Shown one piece after another: positions 55,170 to 64,000 of a DNA stretch of 64,000 bases. The notes beneath the pieces were generated by a model. It was given only the letters and a program-made list of their open reading frames with translations, was not told where the DNA came from and did no database searches. This DNA comes from Escherichia phage Lindwurm. The translations under genes and the position numbers were made by a program. The stretch lies in the sequence record NC_134264.1, one strand, 5' to 3'. Within the stretch, counting starts at the first letter, position 1; each line of letters starts with the position of its first letter.

Positions 55170-55452
55170 ATTAGTATATCTATTGAAAGGTTCCACTTGC
55201 AATCCTTGCAAAATGTTTGAGCCAGTATTTGATAAAGTAGTCAATGACTATAATTTGGAAATCCATAAAGAGACTGATAATACAGAATTAATGCAGAAAT
55301 TTGGTGTGCGCCAAGTTCCTGTAGTAGTTCTGGCGGATCGCTTACCTAATGGTCGAGTAGAAGCCAATCATATTCTGATTGGACGTCAGCTTCGTAAAGA
55401 AACTATGCACGAAGCTATTAAAAATTTCCTGGATGATAATCCAGAGGACTAA
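55162..55452 (+). CDS. thioredoxin/glutaredoxin-like protein
   Basis: CxxC redox motif CNPC near N-terminus. Confidence 0.5.
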   Translation: MSKLVYLLKGSTCNPCKMFEPVFDKVVNDYNLEIHKETDNTELMQKFGVRQVPVVVLADRLPNGRVEANHILIGRQLRKETMHEAIKNFLDDNPED

Positions 55453-55459
55453 TAAACAA

Positions 55460-55490
55460 AGCCTGATCTTAGCTGATCAGGCTTTTATTT
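55460..55490 (+). terminator. rho-independent terminator
   Basis: AGCCTGATC...GATCAGGCT followed by TTTATTTT. Confidence 0.7.
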
Positions 55491-55493
55491 TAC

Positions 55494-55522
55494 TTGCTTT
55501 TTGCTAAAAATTTTGGTATAAT
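55494..55522 (+). promoter_or_regulatory. early-type promoter
   Basis: TTGCTT-17-TATAAT. Confidence 0.6.
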
Positions 55523-55549
55523 ACTTATATAAATTGATCGGAGGATTAA

Positions 55550-55795
55550 ATGTTAGCGGAACAAGCAAAGCGTTTAGCCAGGATAAATAGAGCTGCACTT
55601 CTTAAGAGCAGAAAGAAACCATATAAGTATGTTAAAAAGAGAATAGTTTCTTCTGTGGAGATTGGAGGTTCTTTTGTACAGTTTAATCGTGATGAAATTA
55701 GTTATGAAGCTATAAAAGCCCTCTATAAGGAGGGTTATACTCTCCAACTATCTAATGATTATGGCACAACTATTTTAACTGTTATTTGGGAATAA
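55550..55795 (+). CDS. hypothetical protein
   Basis: 81 aa. Confidence 0.5.
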   Translation: MLAEQAKRLARINRAALLKSRKKPYKYVKKRIVSSVEIGGSFVQFNRDEISYEAIKALYKEGYTLQLSNDYGTTILTVIWE

Positions 55796-55797
55796 TT

Positions 55798-56661
55798 ATG
55801 AAAAAAGAATTTAATGTACATAAAACTCTAGTAGTGCCTGATGATGCCAACCTGTTTTTCGTTGGTGATATTCATGGATGCAATGATTTGCTAGAAGATG
55901 CGTTGAAATTAGCAGGGTATAATGGCAAAAAAGATTGCTTAGTATGTGTTGGTGACTTAATTGACCGAGGCACACAAAACCTACAAGTTTTAGCCAAATT
56001 CCTGTATAATCCACATTTTATCAGTGTCCGTGGTAATCATGACCAATTTATGATTGCAGGAGATTGGGCTAATTGGATGTATAATGGTGGTCTGTGGGCC
56101 ATGAATGAGCTGGATGCAGACACCATTAAAAATATTGCCGAAGATATGGCTGAAAAAATGCCAGTATTCCTAACTGTTAGACATCGTGGTAAGAAGTATG
56201 GTGTTGTTCACGGTGGCGTACCTTTTACGTACAAAGAATGTGGTAATGAAGTAGAAACCCCAGTATGGGATAATCTTATTGCACAAGTAGAAGCAGCTAA
56301 GGAAGACCCACATGACCACCCTGGATACCATGTTGAACCATATTTATGGGATCGAGATGTAATCCAAGAAATAGGCTTCCACTTGTCCAAAAATGGCGAG
56401 GAACACCCATATTTCCAGCGTTACGCAGGATTTAAAGAAAAATACACGGTAGAAGTACCAGAAGTTAAGGGGGTAGATTTCGTATTTCACGGACATACTG
56501 GAGTTCCTTACCCACTTCTTTATAAAAACCGTGTCTATCTTGATACCGGCGGTGTTTTCAACGGGCAGTTGACGGTTGCGCAAGTTAATGATGAAACGGG
56601 CAAAATCACCACATTTACTACACTCCGGGAAGATAGCTGTGGTGTACAGAGGATTCTATAA
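55798..56661 (+). CDS. Ser/Thr protein phosphatase (calcineurin-like metallophosphoesterase)
   Basis: GDIHGC, GDLIDRG, GNHD motifs; ATG 55798. Confidence 0.75.
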   Translation: MKKEFNVHKTLVVPDDANLFFVGDIHGCNDLLEDALKLAGYNGKKDCLVCVGDLIDRGTQNLQVLAKFLYNPHFISVRGNHDQFMIAGDWANWMYNGGLWAMNELDADTIKNIAEDMAEKMPVFLTVRHRGKKYGVVHGGVPFTYKECGNEVETPVWDNLIAQVEAAKEDPHDHPGYHVEPYLWDRDVIQEIGFHLSKNGEEHPYFQRYAGFKEKYTVEVPEVKGVDFVFHGHTGVPYPLLYKNRVYLDTGGVFNGQLTVAQVNDETGKITTFTTLREDSCGVQRIL

Positions 56662-56903
56662 TGGAACGTGAAGAACGTTATGTAGTTATAAAGCTGTCTG
56701 ATATTGAGAAAGCCATAGAATTAGGGCATATCACTCAAAGCAACTTTACCACTTTGGAACATATCCTATCTAAACTACAGTATAGTCGAGCGCAACGTGG
56801 TAAGGAGGATCTCAAAACCGTCGTGGTAGAGCATGATTGGCCAGAGTACGAAGAAGTCTGGAAGATGCTGGAGAATCGTGTTGAATTTGAACAAGCACGA
56901 TAG
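56661..56903 (+). CDS. hypothetical protein
   Basis: 80 aa. Confidence 0.5.
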   Translation: MEREERYVVIKLSDIEKAIELGHITQSNFTTLEHILSKLQYSRAQRGKEDLKTVVVEHDWPEYEEVWKMLENRVEFEQAR

Positions 56904-57136
56904 GAAGAGATTAACAAAGGCTACCAAGAAGCGAAAGAGCACTATGAGGTTTATGATGAAATATTCAAACTTCGTGGTATTAGTAGTTATTGTCAGGGTT
57001 GGAATAAATATGCGGAGGAAGTTCTGTAATGAGAAGGACACGCTAAGAAATTGATGCCGAAGTTCTTCATGGCATTGCAGTTTGTGTTGGGCTAGCTTTG
57101 TTGATGGCCTTACCGTTTATTTTATAAGGATTAAAT

Positions 57137-57727
57137 ATGAAAGTTAAATTCTGGTCAGACTTGCATCTAGACCACCCTGGAGCGTTACGTTTCCGTCCGT
57201 GGTTTAAGAACATGAAAGAGCACGATGAGTATATTCTAGACACTTTGTCCAAGCATATTGGTAAACGAACAAAACTTATTTTGCTAGGAGATATTGCAGT
57301 AGGCCGTGAGGGACTGGCTAAATTAAAGTCAGTTATCCACAATGTTCCTAATCAACTCATTATGGGTAATCATGATGCGGAACGTCAAGGACTGAGCATT
57401 AGGGACTTAGCAGAAGTTTATGATGATATTCAGGCTCTAGGTAAACAGACTGGAGGTGGCAAAAAGTTTTGGCTATCTCACTGCCCTTTGCATCCTAATG
57501 AACTTCGTGGCAAACTAAATATCCACGGACACGTACATACTACTTCTTTACGTGATCCACGTTATATCAATGTCTCATTTGAAATGAGTAAAACTCCAAT
57601 TCCACTAGAGGATATTGTGTCTGGTAAGTTTACTAGCTATGATAGAGTAGTTAATTGTACTACCGGCGAAGTATTACAAATAGGGGAAGATGTAGCTGCT
57701 GTATTACGTGGTGATATAAATGTCTGA
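57137..57727 (+). CDS. metallophosphoesterase
   Basis: GDIAVGRE, GNHD, GHVH motifs. Confidence 0.6.
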   Translation: MKVKFWSDLHLDHPGALRFRPWFKNMKEHDEYILDTLSKHIGKRTKLILLGDIAVGREGLAKLKSVIHNVPNQLIMGNHDAERQGLSIRDLAEVYDDIQALGKQTGGGKKFWLSHCPLHPNELRGKLNIHGHVHTTSLRDPRYINVSFEMSKTPIPLEDIVSGKFTSYDRVVNCTTGEVLQIGEDVAAVLRGDINV

Positions 57728-57835
57728 GTATATAGCTGAGGCTATTATTAAACGAATCATACAAGCGATAGCAATACTTATAATCATTTGTATTGCTGTT
57801 GGCGCAGGATTAGGCATTTTAATTAAAAGTTTTAT

Positions 57836-57864
57836 TTGCTAAAATGCTTAAGTTTCTGTATAAT
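57836..57864 (+). promoter_or_regulatory. early-type promoter
   Basis: TTGCTA-17-TATAAT. Confidence 0.6.
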
Positions 57865-57894
57865 TACTTTATAAATTGATGAGAAGGAATCAAA

Positions 57895-58326
57895 ATGAAC
57901 AAAGTTGATAAAGCTCTAGTTTTCGCAGCAGCAGATAAGTTTGAACAAGTTAAGGCAACTTTCCGAACCTTGTTCCAGTCTTACGTTCAGGATAAGTCTA
58001 ATCCTATCTCTGAACGTTTGATGGTCTGGGAATGTCATGCTTGCAATGCCCTATTAATTGCGGATTATCGTAGCGATATAGATAAAGATCTGTGCGAAAT
58101 CCTTATCGCTGAGGAGGCAGAACGTTATCAGTTAATATCTTTCCAAGATTTGGCGGACCATATCATTCCTGATGATCTTTGGGATAAATACTACGGTGAT
58201 CCTGAAGATGAAGGAATGACTCCAGAAGCCTGTATTGAGCTGATCTGCAAAGATCATCCTGAAATTGCAGAGAAATTTGAAAAAGTTTTTGCTTCTGAGT
58301 TCTCCGGCGTTGTTAACGATTGGTAA
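57895..58326 (+). CDS. hypothetical protein
   Basis: 143 aa. Confidence 0.55.
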   Translation: MNKVDKALVFAAADKFEQVKATFRTLFQSYVQDKSNPISERLMVWECHACNALLIADYRSDIDKDLCEILIAEEAERYQLISFQDLADHIIPDDLWDKYYGDPEDEGMTPEACIELICKDHPEIAEKFEKVFASEFSGVVNDW

Positions 58327-58343
58327 GTAATTAAAAAATTCAG

Positions 58344-58372
58344 TTGCTTTAAGCCTTAAAATTCTGTATAAT
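58344..58372 (+). promoter_or_regulatory. early-type promoter
   Basis: TTGCTT-17-TATAAT. Confidence 0.6.
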
Positions 58373-58404
58373 AAGTTTATAAATTAATGAGAGAGGAAAT
58401 TCTA

Positions 58405-58656
58405 ATGGAAAACATGACTAAAAATGAAATGGCTAACGTTCTGGCAATTCTCCTCGACATGCAGGGTTTTGAGGGTCAGCTCATGAAGATGTCTATTCCG
58501 GCAATGAAAAAGATGTATGATTCTCTGAATAAGAATGCTATGGCGTTCAACCTTGCAAAACAGGAAGCACGTTTTGCGAAAGAACATCAGGCAACTGCTG
58601 AACGTCGTGCAGCATCTTTTGAGCGTGAAGTTAAGCAACTGAAAGGTAAGAAATAA
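58405..58656 (+). CDS. hypothetical protein
   Basis: ATG 58405 (track start lies inside the promoter-associated box). Confidence 0.5.
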   Translation: MENMTKNEMANVLAILLDMQGFEGQLMKMSIPAMKKMYDSLNKNAMAFNLAKQEARFAKEHQATAERRAASFEREVKQLKGKK

Positions 58657-58817
58657 TGGAGAATAAACTAGCATTAGTAGCAATAATGGTAGTTTTTCAG
58701 GCGATATTTTTGGGACTTATTCACAATAAAGTTTCTAAACTAGAAAACTCAGCAAAAGAACTGAAAGTAGAAATGTGTAAATTAGTCCCGGATAACGAAA
58801 AATGTAGGGGTATTTAA
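58656..58817 (+). CDS. hypothetical small membrane protein (53 aa)
   Basis: ATG 58656 overlapping upstream stop; hydrophobic core; below track cutoff. Confidence 0.4.
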   Translation: MENKLALVAIMVVFQAIFLGLIHNKVSKLENSAKELKVEMCKLVPDNEKCRGI

Positions 58818-59098
58818 TGTTAACTGAAATTCTCATTGGACTACTAGTTCTTATGACACTAGTAGCGATTGGTGGGGTTATTGGTATTGTAAGCATACGA
58901 AAAAACATGGAGAGTATGCTTACTACTAATAGTGGACTTCACTGCCGCTTAATAGAACAAGAACAGGATATTGAACTAGCACAAAGACGCTCAGATATTC
59001 TAAAAGAAAAACTAAACAATATTGAAGCAATAGCTGGGAATACAAAATTACCTAATAAAGTAATGCGTGCACAGATAATTACGGAGATTAAAAAATGA
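58817..59098 (+). CDS. hypothetical membrane protein
   Basis: 93 aa, N-terminal TM. Confidence 0.5.
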   Translation: MLTEILIGLLVLMTLVAIGGVIGIVSIRKNMESMLTTNSGLHCRLIEQEQDIELAQRRSDILKEKLNNIEAIAGNTKLPNKVMRAQIITEIKK

Positions 59099-59340
59099 TG
59101 ATGTTTATTCTAGCGTTTTATCTAATTGTGGTTGGCGTACTGGTTACTAAATACCACACATGGACGCCAAAGAATGTTGTTAAGGTAGCTTTATTTGTTA
59201 TTCCAGTTCCACTTATTATCTTTTCTATGTTACTGGTGATGTTAGTTGGTAAAGTAACAAAAACCGATATTAAACGTATTGCCGATGAATTGCAACAGTC
59301 TTGTGACATGGTAGAGGACATTCTTAAAGATGAAGCTTAA
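59095..59340 (+). CDS. hypothetical membrane protein
   Basis: 81 aa, two hydrophobic segments. Confidence 0.5.
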   Translation: MMMFILAFYLIVVGVLVTKYHTWTPKNVVKVALFVIPVPLIIFSMLLVMLVGKVTKTDIKRIADELQQSCDMVEDILKDEA

Positions 59341-59656
59341 TTTTAATGAATTAAATACCTTACATGAGATATTACAGTTTGTGAATAATAATATTAGTAT
59401 TCCAGATGATACACTAGAAGTTCTCATGTTAATCGAGAAAAAGGTAGGGATTGAAATTGAGGACTCTTGGAAACCACTTTCTGTATTAACACCTCTTAAT
59501 ATGAAAGTGATAGTTAAAAATATTGATACTGGTGAAGAGTGTGAAATGATTCGTAAAGAACTAGCTGATAGCTATTCACCAAAGTCTGTAGTAATGTATC
59601 ATAATGACATACCTAAGATCCTACAGACAGCTAATTACGTATGGCGTCTCCCATGA
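59330..59656 (+). CDS. hypothetical protein
   Basis: 108 aa. Confidence 0.5.
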   Translation: MKLNFNELNTLHEILQFVNNNISIPDDTLEVLMLIEKKVGIEIEDSWKPLSVLTPLNMKVIVKNIDTGEECEMIRKELADSYSPKSVVMYHNDIPKILQTANYVWRLP

Positions 59657-59755
59657 TTGATTTAGTACCAATTACTGCAGGGCTAATAGCACTATTAGTG
59701 CTTGCAGTTTTTATTATTGTGGAGCAGGCCAAAGTAATAAGGAGACTTAAAAACA

Positions 59756-59956
59756 ATGATAAAACGTCTTGTTTATCAGGCACCAAAGATTGTAACTGAG
59801 TATTTTGTATTACTGCCTCAGATTGTATTTCTAACAGCATTATTTAATATACTTTTTCGACATCTAGGAATAACGGAAAATATCTTCTACACTTCTGAAC
59901 TACTTCCTTTTATGTACGAAGGCATTATCGTGGCAATTAACGGAGTTCGTAAATGA
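59756..59956 (+). CDS. hypothetical membrane protein
   Basis: 66 aa with AAGGAGA RBS. Confidence 0.45.
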   Translation: MIKRLVYQAPKIVTEYFVLLPQIVFLTALFNILFRHLGITENIFYTSELLPFMYEGIIVAINGVRK

Positions 59957-60414
59957 CAGCATTACAACAACTACAGAATTACTGGTTTGATAATCAATTT
60001 AACGATCTCTTCATCCAGTTGTTTGTCGAAACGAACGGACGCTTCAACTACCGATTCTTTAATAAGTTTCACGAAACAAAATTCTCGCATACAGAAATTA
60101 ATGCAGCAATCCAAGACCTAACTGGTTCTAAAGTAATTCAATATCGTGAAGTAGACTTCACACCAGATTGTTTTGGATTTGAATTGTTTAAGAAAGCATA
60201 TAAATTTGGTAAGTTTGAGGATGCTCGTCAATGGGTTCATGATTTCTGGTACAACACTGATATTGTTCCTAGTCGTGTACTGATTCTTAACTGGATTGCT
60301 AAACAACATCCACCTAAAGCTCAATCGTCCTTCTTACCAACTGACACAGGAAACCTCTACCATGACAGAAAAGAAAAATCCATTGCTGGAGCAGATGAAG
60401 GAATGGGAGAGTAA
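59953..60414 (+). CDS. hypothetical protein
   Basis: 153 aa. Confidence 0.5.
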   Translation: MTALQQLQNYWFDNQFNDLFIQLFVETNGRFNYRFFNKFHETKFSHTEINAAIQDLTGSKVIQYREVDFTPDCFGFELFKKAYKFGKFEDARQWVHDFWYNTDIVPSRVLILNWIAKQHPPKAQSSFLPTDTGNLYHDRKEKSIAGADEGMGE

Positions 60415-60733
60415 TATTGAATCTGGTCTAGTAGACGGTGAAGATATTGTTAACTCCATGTTAGAAGTAACAATAGATAATGTTAACCCTATTTTGGCTG
60501 GGGAAGCTTCTGATCTTATAGGACTTTCTAGTACTTTCGATTCTTTGGCTAGATTAGCTTTAGATGATGAAGAGATAACCAAAGAAGATCTCGCCTCAGC
60601 TATGAATATGGCTATTAACGCTTACATTGGCAAACGTACCGATGAACTCGACAAACAAATCAAAAAGCGTGATACAACATTAAATCTTATGGAAACGGCC
60701 ACTATTTTAAGAAGTGGTAAACAACTTCATTAA
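60362..60733 (+). CDS. hypothetical protein
   Basis: ATG 60362 (track ORF extended upstream into previous gene). Confidence 0.45.
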   Translation: MTEKKNPLLEQMKEWESNIESGLVDGEDIVNSMLEVTIDNVNPILAGEASDLIGLSSTFDSLARLALDDEEITKEDLASAMNMAINAYIGKRTDELDKQIKKRDTTLNLMETATILRSGKQLH

Positions 60734-60740
60734 TTCTAGG

Positions 60741-60768
60741 GGCCAGGACTTAATTGTTCTGGCCTTTT
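60741..60768 (+). terminator. rho-independent terminator
   Basis: GGCCAGGAC...GTTCTGGCC followed by TTTT. Confidence 0.65.
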
Positions 60769-60787
60769 GTGTATCAAGGAATATAAT

Positions 60788-60985
60788 ATGAAAGCACTAG
60801 ATAATTACTTAAAGGCTAAATATAGTCCTATAGAAGATCAATCTGCTGTAACTTGTGAAATAAGTCGAGATAATACAGTACGATTAGCTCAAAAAGGCGG
60901 AGGAACATCTGCCAGTATTATTTGGCTATCCGAAGAACAAGCAAAAGACTTGTACCATAAACTAGACAAGTTATTTAACAAGTAG
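60788..60985 (+). CDS. hypothetical protein
   Basis: ATG 60788 with AAGGA RBS. Confidence 0.5.
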   Translation: MKALDNYLKAKYSPIEDQSAVTCEISRDNTVRLAQKGGGTSASIIWLSEEQAKDLYHKLDKLFNK

Positions 60986-60986
60986 T

Positions 60987-61433
60987 ATGAGAGAAAAAGT
61001 AAATGAATTACTAATCGAGGAAGCTAACAACTTCCCAATAAATAGGTTCATCAAATCTGATGGATCTATTAATAGAACTAAGATTAAGCAGCTACATCCC
61101 GACTTTCAGCAAGAAGCACTAAACCTTATATTTATCAAGAAAGCTGTTGCAGTTCATGGAGCTTTCTTTGGGTATGAGCGTGTAAATTATAAAACAATGC
61201 AACAGCAAGTCGAGATCTACTGTCCAGATCATGAAGGGTATTATTGGCAAACTGCTAGATCTCATTTAGAAGGGCATGGTTGTAGACTGTGTGCACACAA
61301 GGTTGTGCAGCGTGTCACGGATTATGGAACTTATACCGTGCCAGCATGTTATCATAAATTTGTAATTGACGATAATCATATAGTTTGGTATAATAAGTTT
61401 TCAAAGTTAAGAATGGAGATAAATAGTGAGTAG
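60987..61433 (+). CDS. hypothetical protein
   Basis: 148 aa. Confidence 0.5.
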   Translation: MREKVNELLIEEANNFPINRFIKSDGSINRTKIKQLHPDFQQEALNLIFIKKAVAVHGAFFGYERVNYKTMQQQVEIYCPDHEGYYWQTARSHLEGHGCRLCAHKVVQRVTDYGTYTVPACYHKFVIDDNHIVWYNKFSKLRMEINSE

Positions 61434-61707
61434 CTATATTATATGGTCAAATCCATTGGCAGCACTTAGTAACAAACTATTTAAAACAACGTGGGGCTAT
61501 AATGAAATAGAATTAAGCAGTCGCCCAATACCAAATACATGCTCTCTAGTCCCAGATCTGTATAAAGTAGTAATAAATAACGTAGAATATTTGGTTGACG
61601 AATTTGATAGAAGGTATATACTAGAGAGTATTTATGATAACAATACATCAATGAATGAACTGATAGATCATGCCCAAATGTGTGATAAAAGCTGGATGTT
61701 AATATGA
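61426..61707 (+). CDS. hypothetical protein
   Basis: 93 aa. Confidence 0.5.
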   Translation: MSSYIIWSNPLAALSNKLFKTTWGYNEIELSSRPIPNTCSLVPDLYKVVINNVEYLVDEFDRRYILESIYDNNTSMNELIDHAQMCDKSWMLI

Positions 61708-61937
61708 AAATCATAGCAATTATTTTAGTAGTTATGTTATTCATCGTAGTACTTGTATCTTTTGCTATTATGCGTAGAGCTAGAGAACTAGCAGAAGATC
61801 TAATAAAATTACGTGGTGAGTTAGCTGCTCTTAAACTACAACGAGAGAGCTTAAAAGTATTCGTAGCTCAAGGTAGCGTAGAGCATACAGCGGAAGACTT
61901 CATCGTATATCTTAAACGTTACATTGGAATTAAATAA
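61704..61937 (+). CDS. hypothetical membrane protein
   Basis: 77 aa, N-terminal TM. Confidence 0.5.
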   Translation: MKIIAIILVVMLFIVVLVSFAIMRRARELAEDLIKLRGELAALKLQRESLKVFVAQGSVEHTAEDFIVYLKRYIGIK

Positions 61938-62122
61938 TGGAAACTCTTTTTCTTTTAATGCTCGTAGGTTCCTTGCTGGTTATACTAGCACTTCTACTAA
62001 TCTGCAATATCCTTAATAATAAGAATCTAGAGCTAAAGTGTGAGAACCAAATCCTTAATCGTGAACTTAAACAATATAATCTAGCAGCCCATAAACTGTT
62101 AGACAAACTGGAGAATATATAA
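61937..62122 (+). CDS. hypothetical membrane protein
   Basis: 61 aa, N-terminal TM. Confidence 0.45.
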   Translation: METLFLLMLVGSLLVILALLLICNILNNKNLELKCENQILNRELKQYNLAAHKLLDKLENI

Positions 62123-62736
62123 TGTTTACACAACAACCTATTCAAGTAGTACTAGACCATGAACTGAACACATGGGATTATAGCTTTAAAGATTTAACTG
62201 CTACTGTACAATTCAAATCTATGAAGCTAACATTTGCGCACACTGACCTTAGAGCCTGTAAAGATCTTGAGGATAAGCTCGAAGATGCTCGTAAGATTTT
62301 TGGTAAGGCTCGCATCCCAGCTGATAATCTAATTAACGCATTAATCGATGCAGGGTACAAACTTGTGAAGACTGAGGTGAACCGCCCTAGTACTCCAGTA
62401 ACTATTAGAGATCCGTGGCAGTCAGGGACAATCTCAATGCTGAATAACTCGGATAAAAGATTAATGTCGGATATGCACAATGTTCCCTGTGGGGGTGTGG
62501 TAAGTAGTACGCAGTCATATAAGTTTGTGGAAGATTACGGCCCTTCTGTGCAGTTGAAACATACTCAAGAAGCCTTTGAATCTGATATGCGGAGCGTAGC
62601 ACCTGTGGATGCTGGAGTTTCTAGAAGTTCTGTTTGTACTATTCATTTTAATAATCCTAGTAAACATGGAAGTCTAGAAGATGCTATTATGGAGGCGTTG
62701 GGAGCTGCTATTAATGAAGATAAGAGGGATAATTAA
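62122..62736 (+). CDS. hypothetical protein
   Basis: 204 aa. Confidence 0.55.
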   Translation: MFTQQPIQVVLDHELNTWDYSFKDLTATVQFKSMKLTFAHTDLRACKDLEDKLEDARKIFGKARIPADNLINALIDAGYKLVKTEVNRPSTPVTIRDPWQSGTISMLNNSDKRLMSDMHNVPCGGVVSSTQSYKFVEDYGPSVQLKHTQEAFESDMRSVAPVDAGVSRSSVCTIHFNNPSKHGSLEDAIMEALGAAINEDKRDN

Positions 62737-63467
62737 TGAAAGATTTGGCTGTAAAGTTTAAGAATATTCTAGCCCTCGCTAAGGGGGCTGATCATCGCTG
62801 TTTCTCTGATTTAACCACTGAAGAGAAACATGCAGTAATGTTTGTTTGCGAAATGTTCCCAGCTAGATGGGAGGGTGGTAAGATTAAGTATGATAACAAA
62901 GCAGCAAAAGCTGACCTTGCTTATTCTTACGTTGATATGAATAAACTCCTCAAGTCTTTAGACCCCACTGCTAAAGGTCACATGGGAAACTATATTCATG
63001 TTATCATTGATGAACCTCTCCCGGCTTATAGAGAAACATCCGCTAGAGAAGCATTAGAAGCATATCCAGAACAATTATACATCCCACCTAAGAAATGTAA
63101 GTTCGATTATCTTCCGGCGTTAGCATTTGAAACTAGTATCACGTTTGAAGATATTTATAGAACGATTGGAGCTGTAGTAGCACGGATTGCAGTGGCACAT
63201 CATCGTGGCATAGAACTTACTACAGCGGAAGATTATATCCTATACGCTATCCATGATGAAAAGGACTCCTTCAAACGTCTAATGGATGCTCTAGGATTAG
63301 GCAGTCTCACTGCGCTTGTGCTTAACCAGGCTCCTAGAACCAAGCGTTATGCAAAGGGATCTATTACTCTTGAAGAAACAGGATCTACATCTTCATTCCT
63401 TGCTACATATATTTATTTAGCATCTAAAGGAATCTATCTAAAGGCTAGAAAGAATGTCACTATATAA
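62736..63467 (+). CDS. hypothetical protein
   Basis: 243 aa. Confidence 0.55.
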   Translation: MKDLAVKFKNILALAKGADHRCFSDLTTEEKHAVMFVCEMFPARWEGGKIKYDNKAAKADLAYSYVDMNKLLKSLDPTAKGHMGNYIHVIIDEPLPAYRETSAREALEAYPEQLYIPPKKCKFDYLPALAFETSITFEDIYRTIGAVVARIAVAHHRGIELTTAEDYILYAIHDEKDSFKRLMDALGLGSLTALVLNQAPRTKRYAKGSITLEETGSTSSFLATYIYLASKGIYLKARKNVTI

Positions 63468-63810
63468 AGTATATATTCTTGCGAACAGGGATCTGACAAA
63501 GATCCCTAAGAGAACAAAGATCGGTATTAGCATGAATCCACATAATAGGATTCAAACTCTAAACTTAGATAAGATAGTCTATCGAGGTTTTGACGATTTA
63601 TACGTATATGGGATCTATGAAACCCATAACCCTAGAGATCTAGAAGCCGCTGCTCATATCTACTTTAAGAAATACCGCTGTAATTTAAAGGGATTCGAAG
63701 GATGTACAGAGTTCTTTGATATTCACCCACAACTTGCAGAACGATTCCTATTAAATACAGGAGCCAAAAAGATTTACGATCCCAATACCAATCTCGAAGG
63801 AGATGTATAA
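63454..63810 (+). CDS. hypothetical protein
   Basis: 118 aa. Confidence 0.5.
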   Translation: MSLYKVYILANRDLTKIPKRTKIGISMNPHNRIQTLNLDKIVYRGFDDLYVYGIYETHNPRDLEAAAHIYFKKYRCNLKGFEGCTEFFDIHPQLAERFLLNTGAKKIYDPNTNLEGDV

Positions 63811-63827
63811 ACATTAACAAAATCTTC

Positions 63828-63857
63828 TTGACAACTCATTGCGGCACATGTTATAAT
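63828..63857 (+). promoter_or_regulatory. consensus sigma70 promoter
   Basis: TTGACA-18-TATAAT inside TCTTCTTGACAAC box. Confidence 0.5.
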
Positions 63858-64000
63858 AATCTCATAGATTAAAAACAACTCTTGTTTTGAACTCTAGGGG
63901 CGATGATTATTACACTTAGTATTACGTCTATACGTTGCGACAGCATGAGTATAGATCTAATTACTAAGTCTTCAGTAATACTCACGCGCCCCACGAGTAA

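Noticed and set aside
56833-57054. 73-aa plus-strand ORF overlapping the end of 56661..56903
   Set aside because: Start lies deep inside the upstream gene; only the last roughly 36 codons (from ATG 56943) might be real, and there is no convincing RBS.
28850-58372. CRISPR array suggested by the many repeated about 60-nt units
   Set aside because: Repeats are promoters with canonical -35/-10 elements at irregular spacing of hundreds to thousands of bp, each followed by genes; there are no uniform repeat-spacer units or cas genes.

Overview
This window reads as the early region of a T5-like virulent phage (Demerecviridae-type): a minus-strand DNA replication module at 1-20.1 kb, a divergent promoter hub at 20.1-20.45 kb, then plus-strand nucleotide-metabolism genes, many small early genes, a large tRNA island (38.1-46.5 kb) and a lysis/early cluster. 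All calls are from manual reading of the sequence and ORF track; no search or folding tool was run, so tRNA coordinates are approximate (about +/-2 nt) and protein functions rest on recognisable motifs only. Replication genes: family A DNA polymerase, primase, DnaB-like helicase, an NAD-dependent DNA ligase split into two ORFs, and a large P-loop helicase-like protein. Nucleotide metabolism: NrdD, PhoH-like, NrdA, NrdB, DHFR, ThyA, dNMP kinase. Other recognisable products: RNase H, NADAR, Sir2-like, HAD-like, GatB/YqeY-domain, SPFH, SleB-like hydrolase, GrcA-like glycyl radical cofactor, ClpP-like, holin plus M15 endolysin, two metallophosphatases, thioredoxin-like, three HNH endonucleases. 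About 26 tRNA genes were folded by hand. A reiterated sigma70-type early promoter family (TTGCTx-17-TATAAT with a conserved downstream ATAAATTGA-GAGAGG box) and a series of hairpin plus U-tract terminators punctuate the region. The most unusual candidates are: tRNA-Asn and tRNA-Thr with long extra arms, a class I tRNA with a UAA anticodon, a tRNA-like element carrying a roughly 45-nt insertion, several promoter-driven structured non-coding stretches, a GrcA-like cofactor alongside NrdD with no NrdG, and a convergent minus-strand Q-rich/glycine-zipper gene pair with its own promoter.
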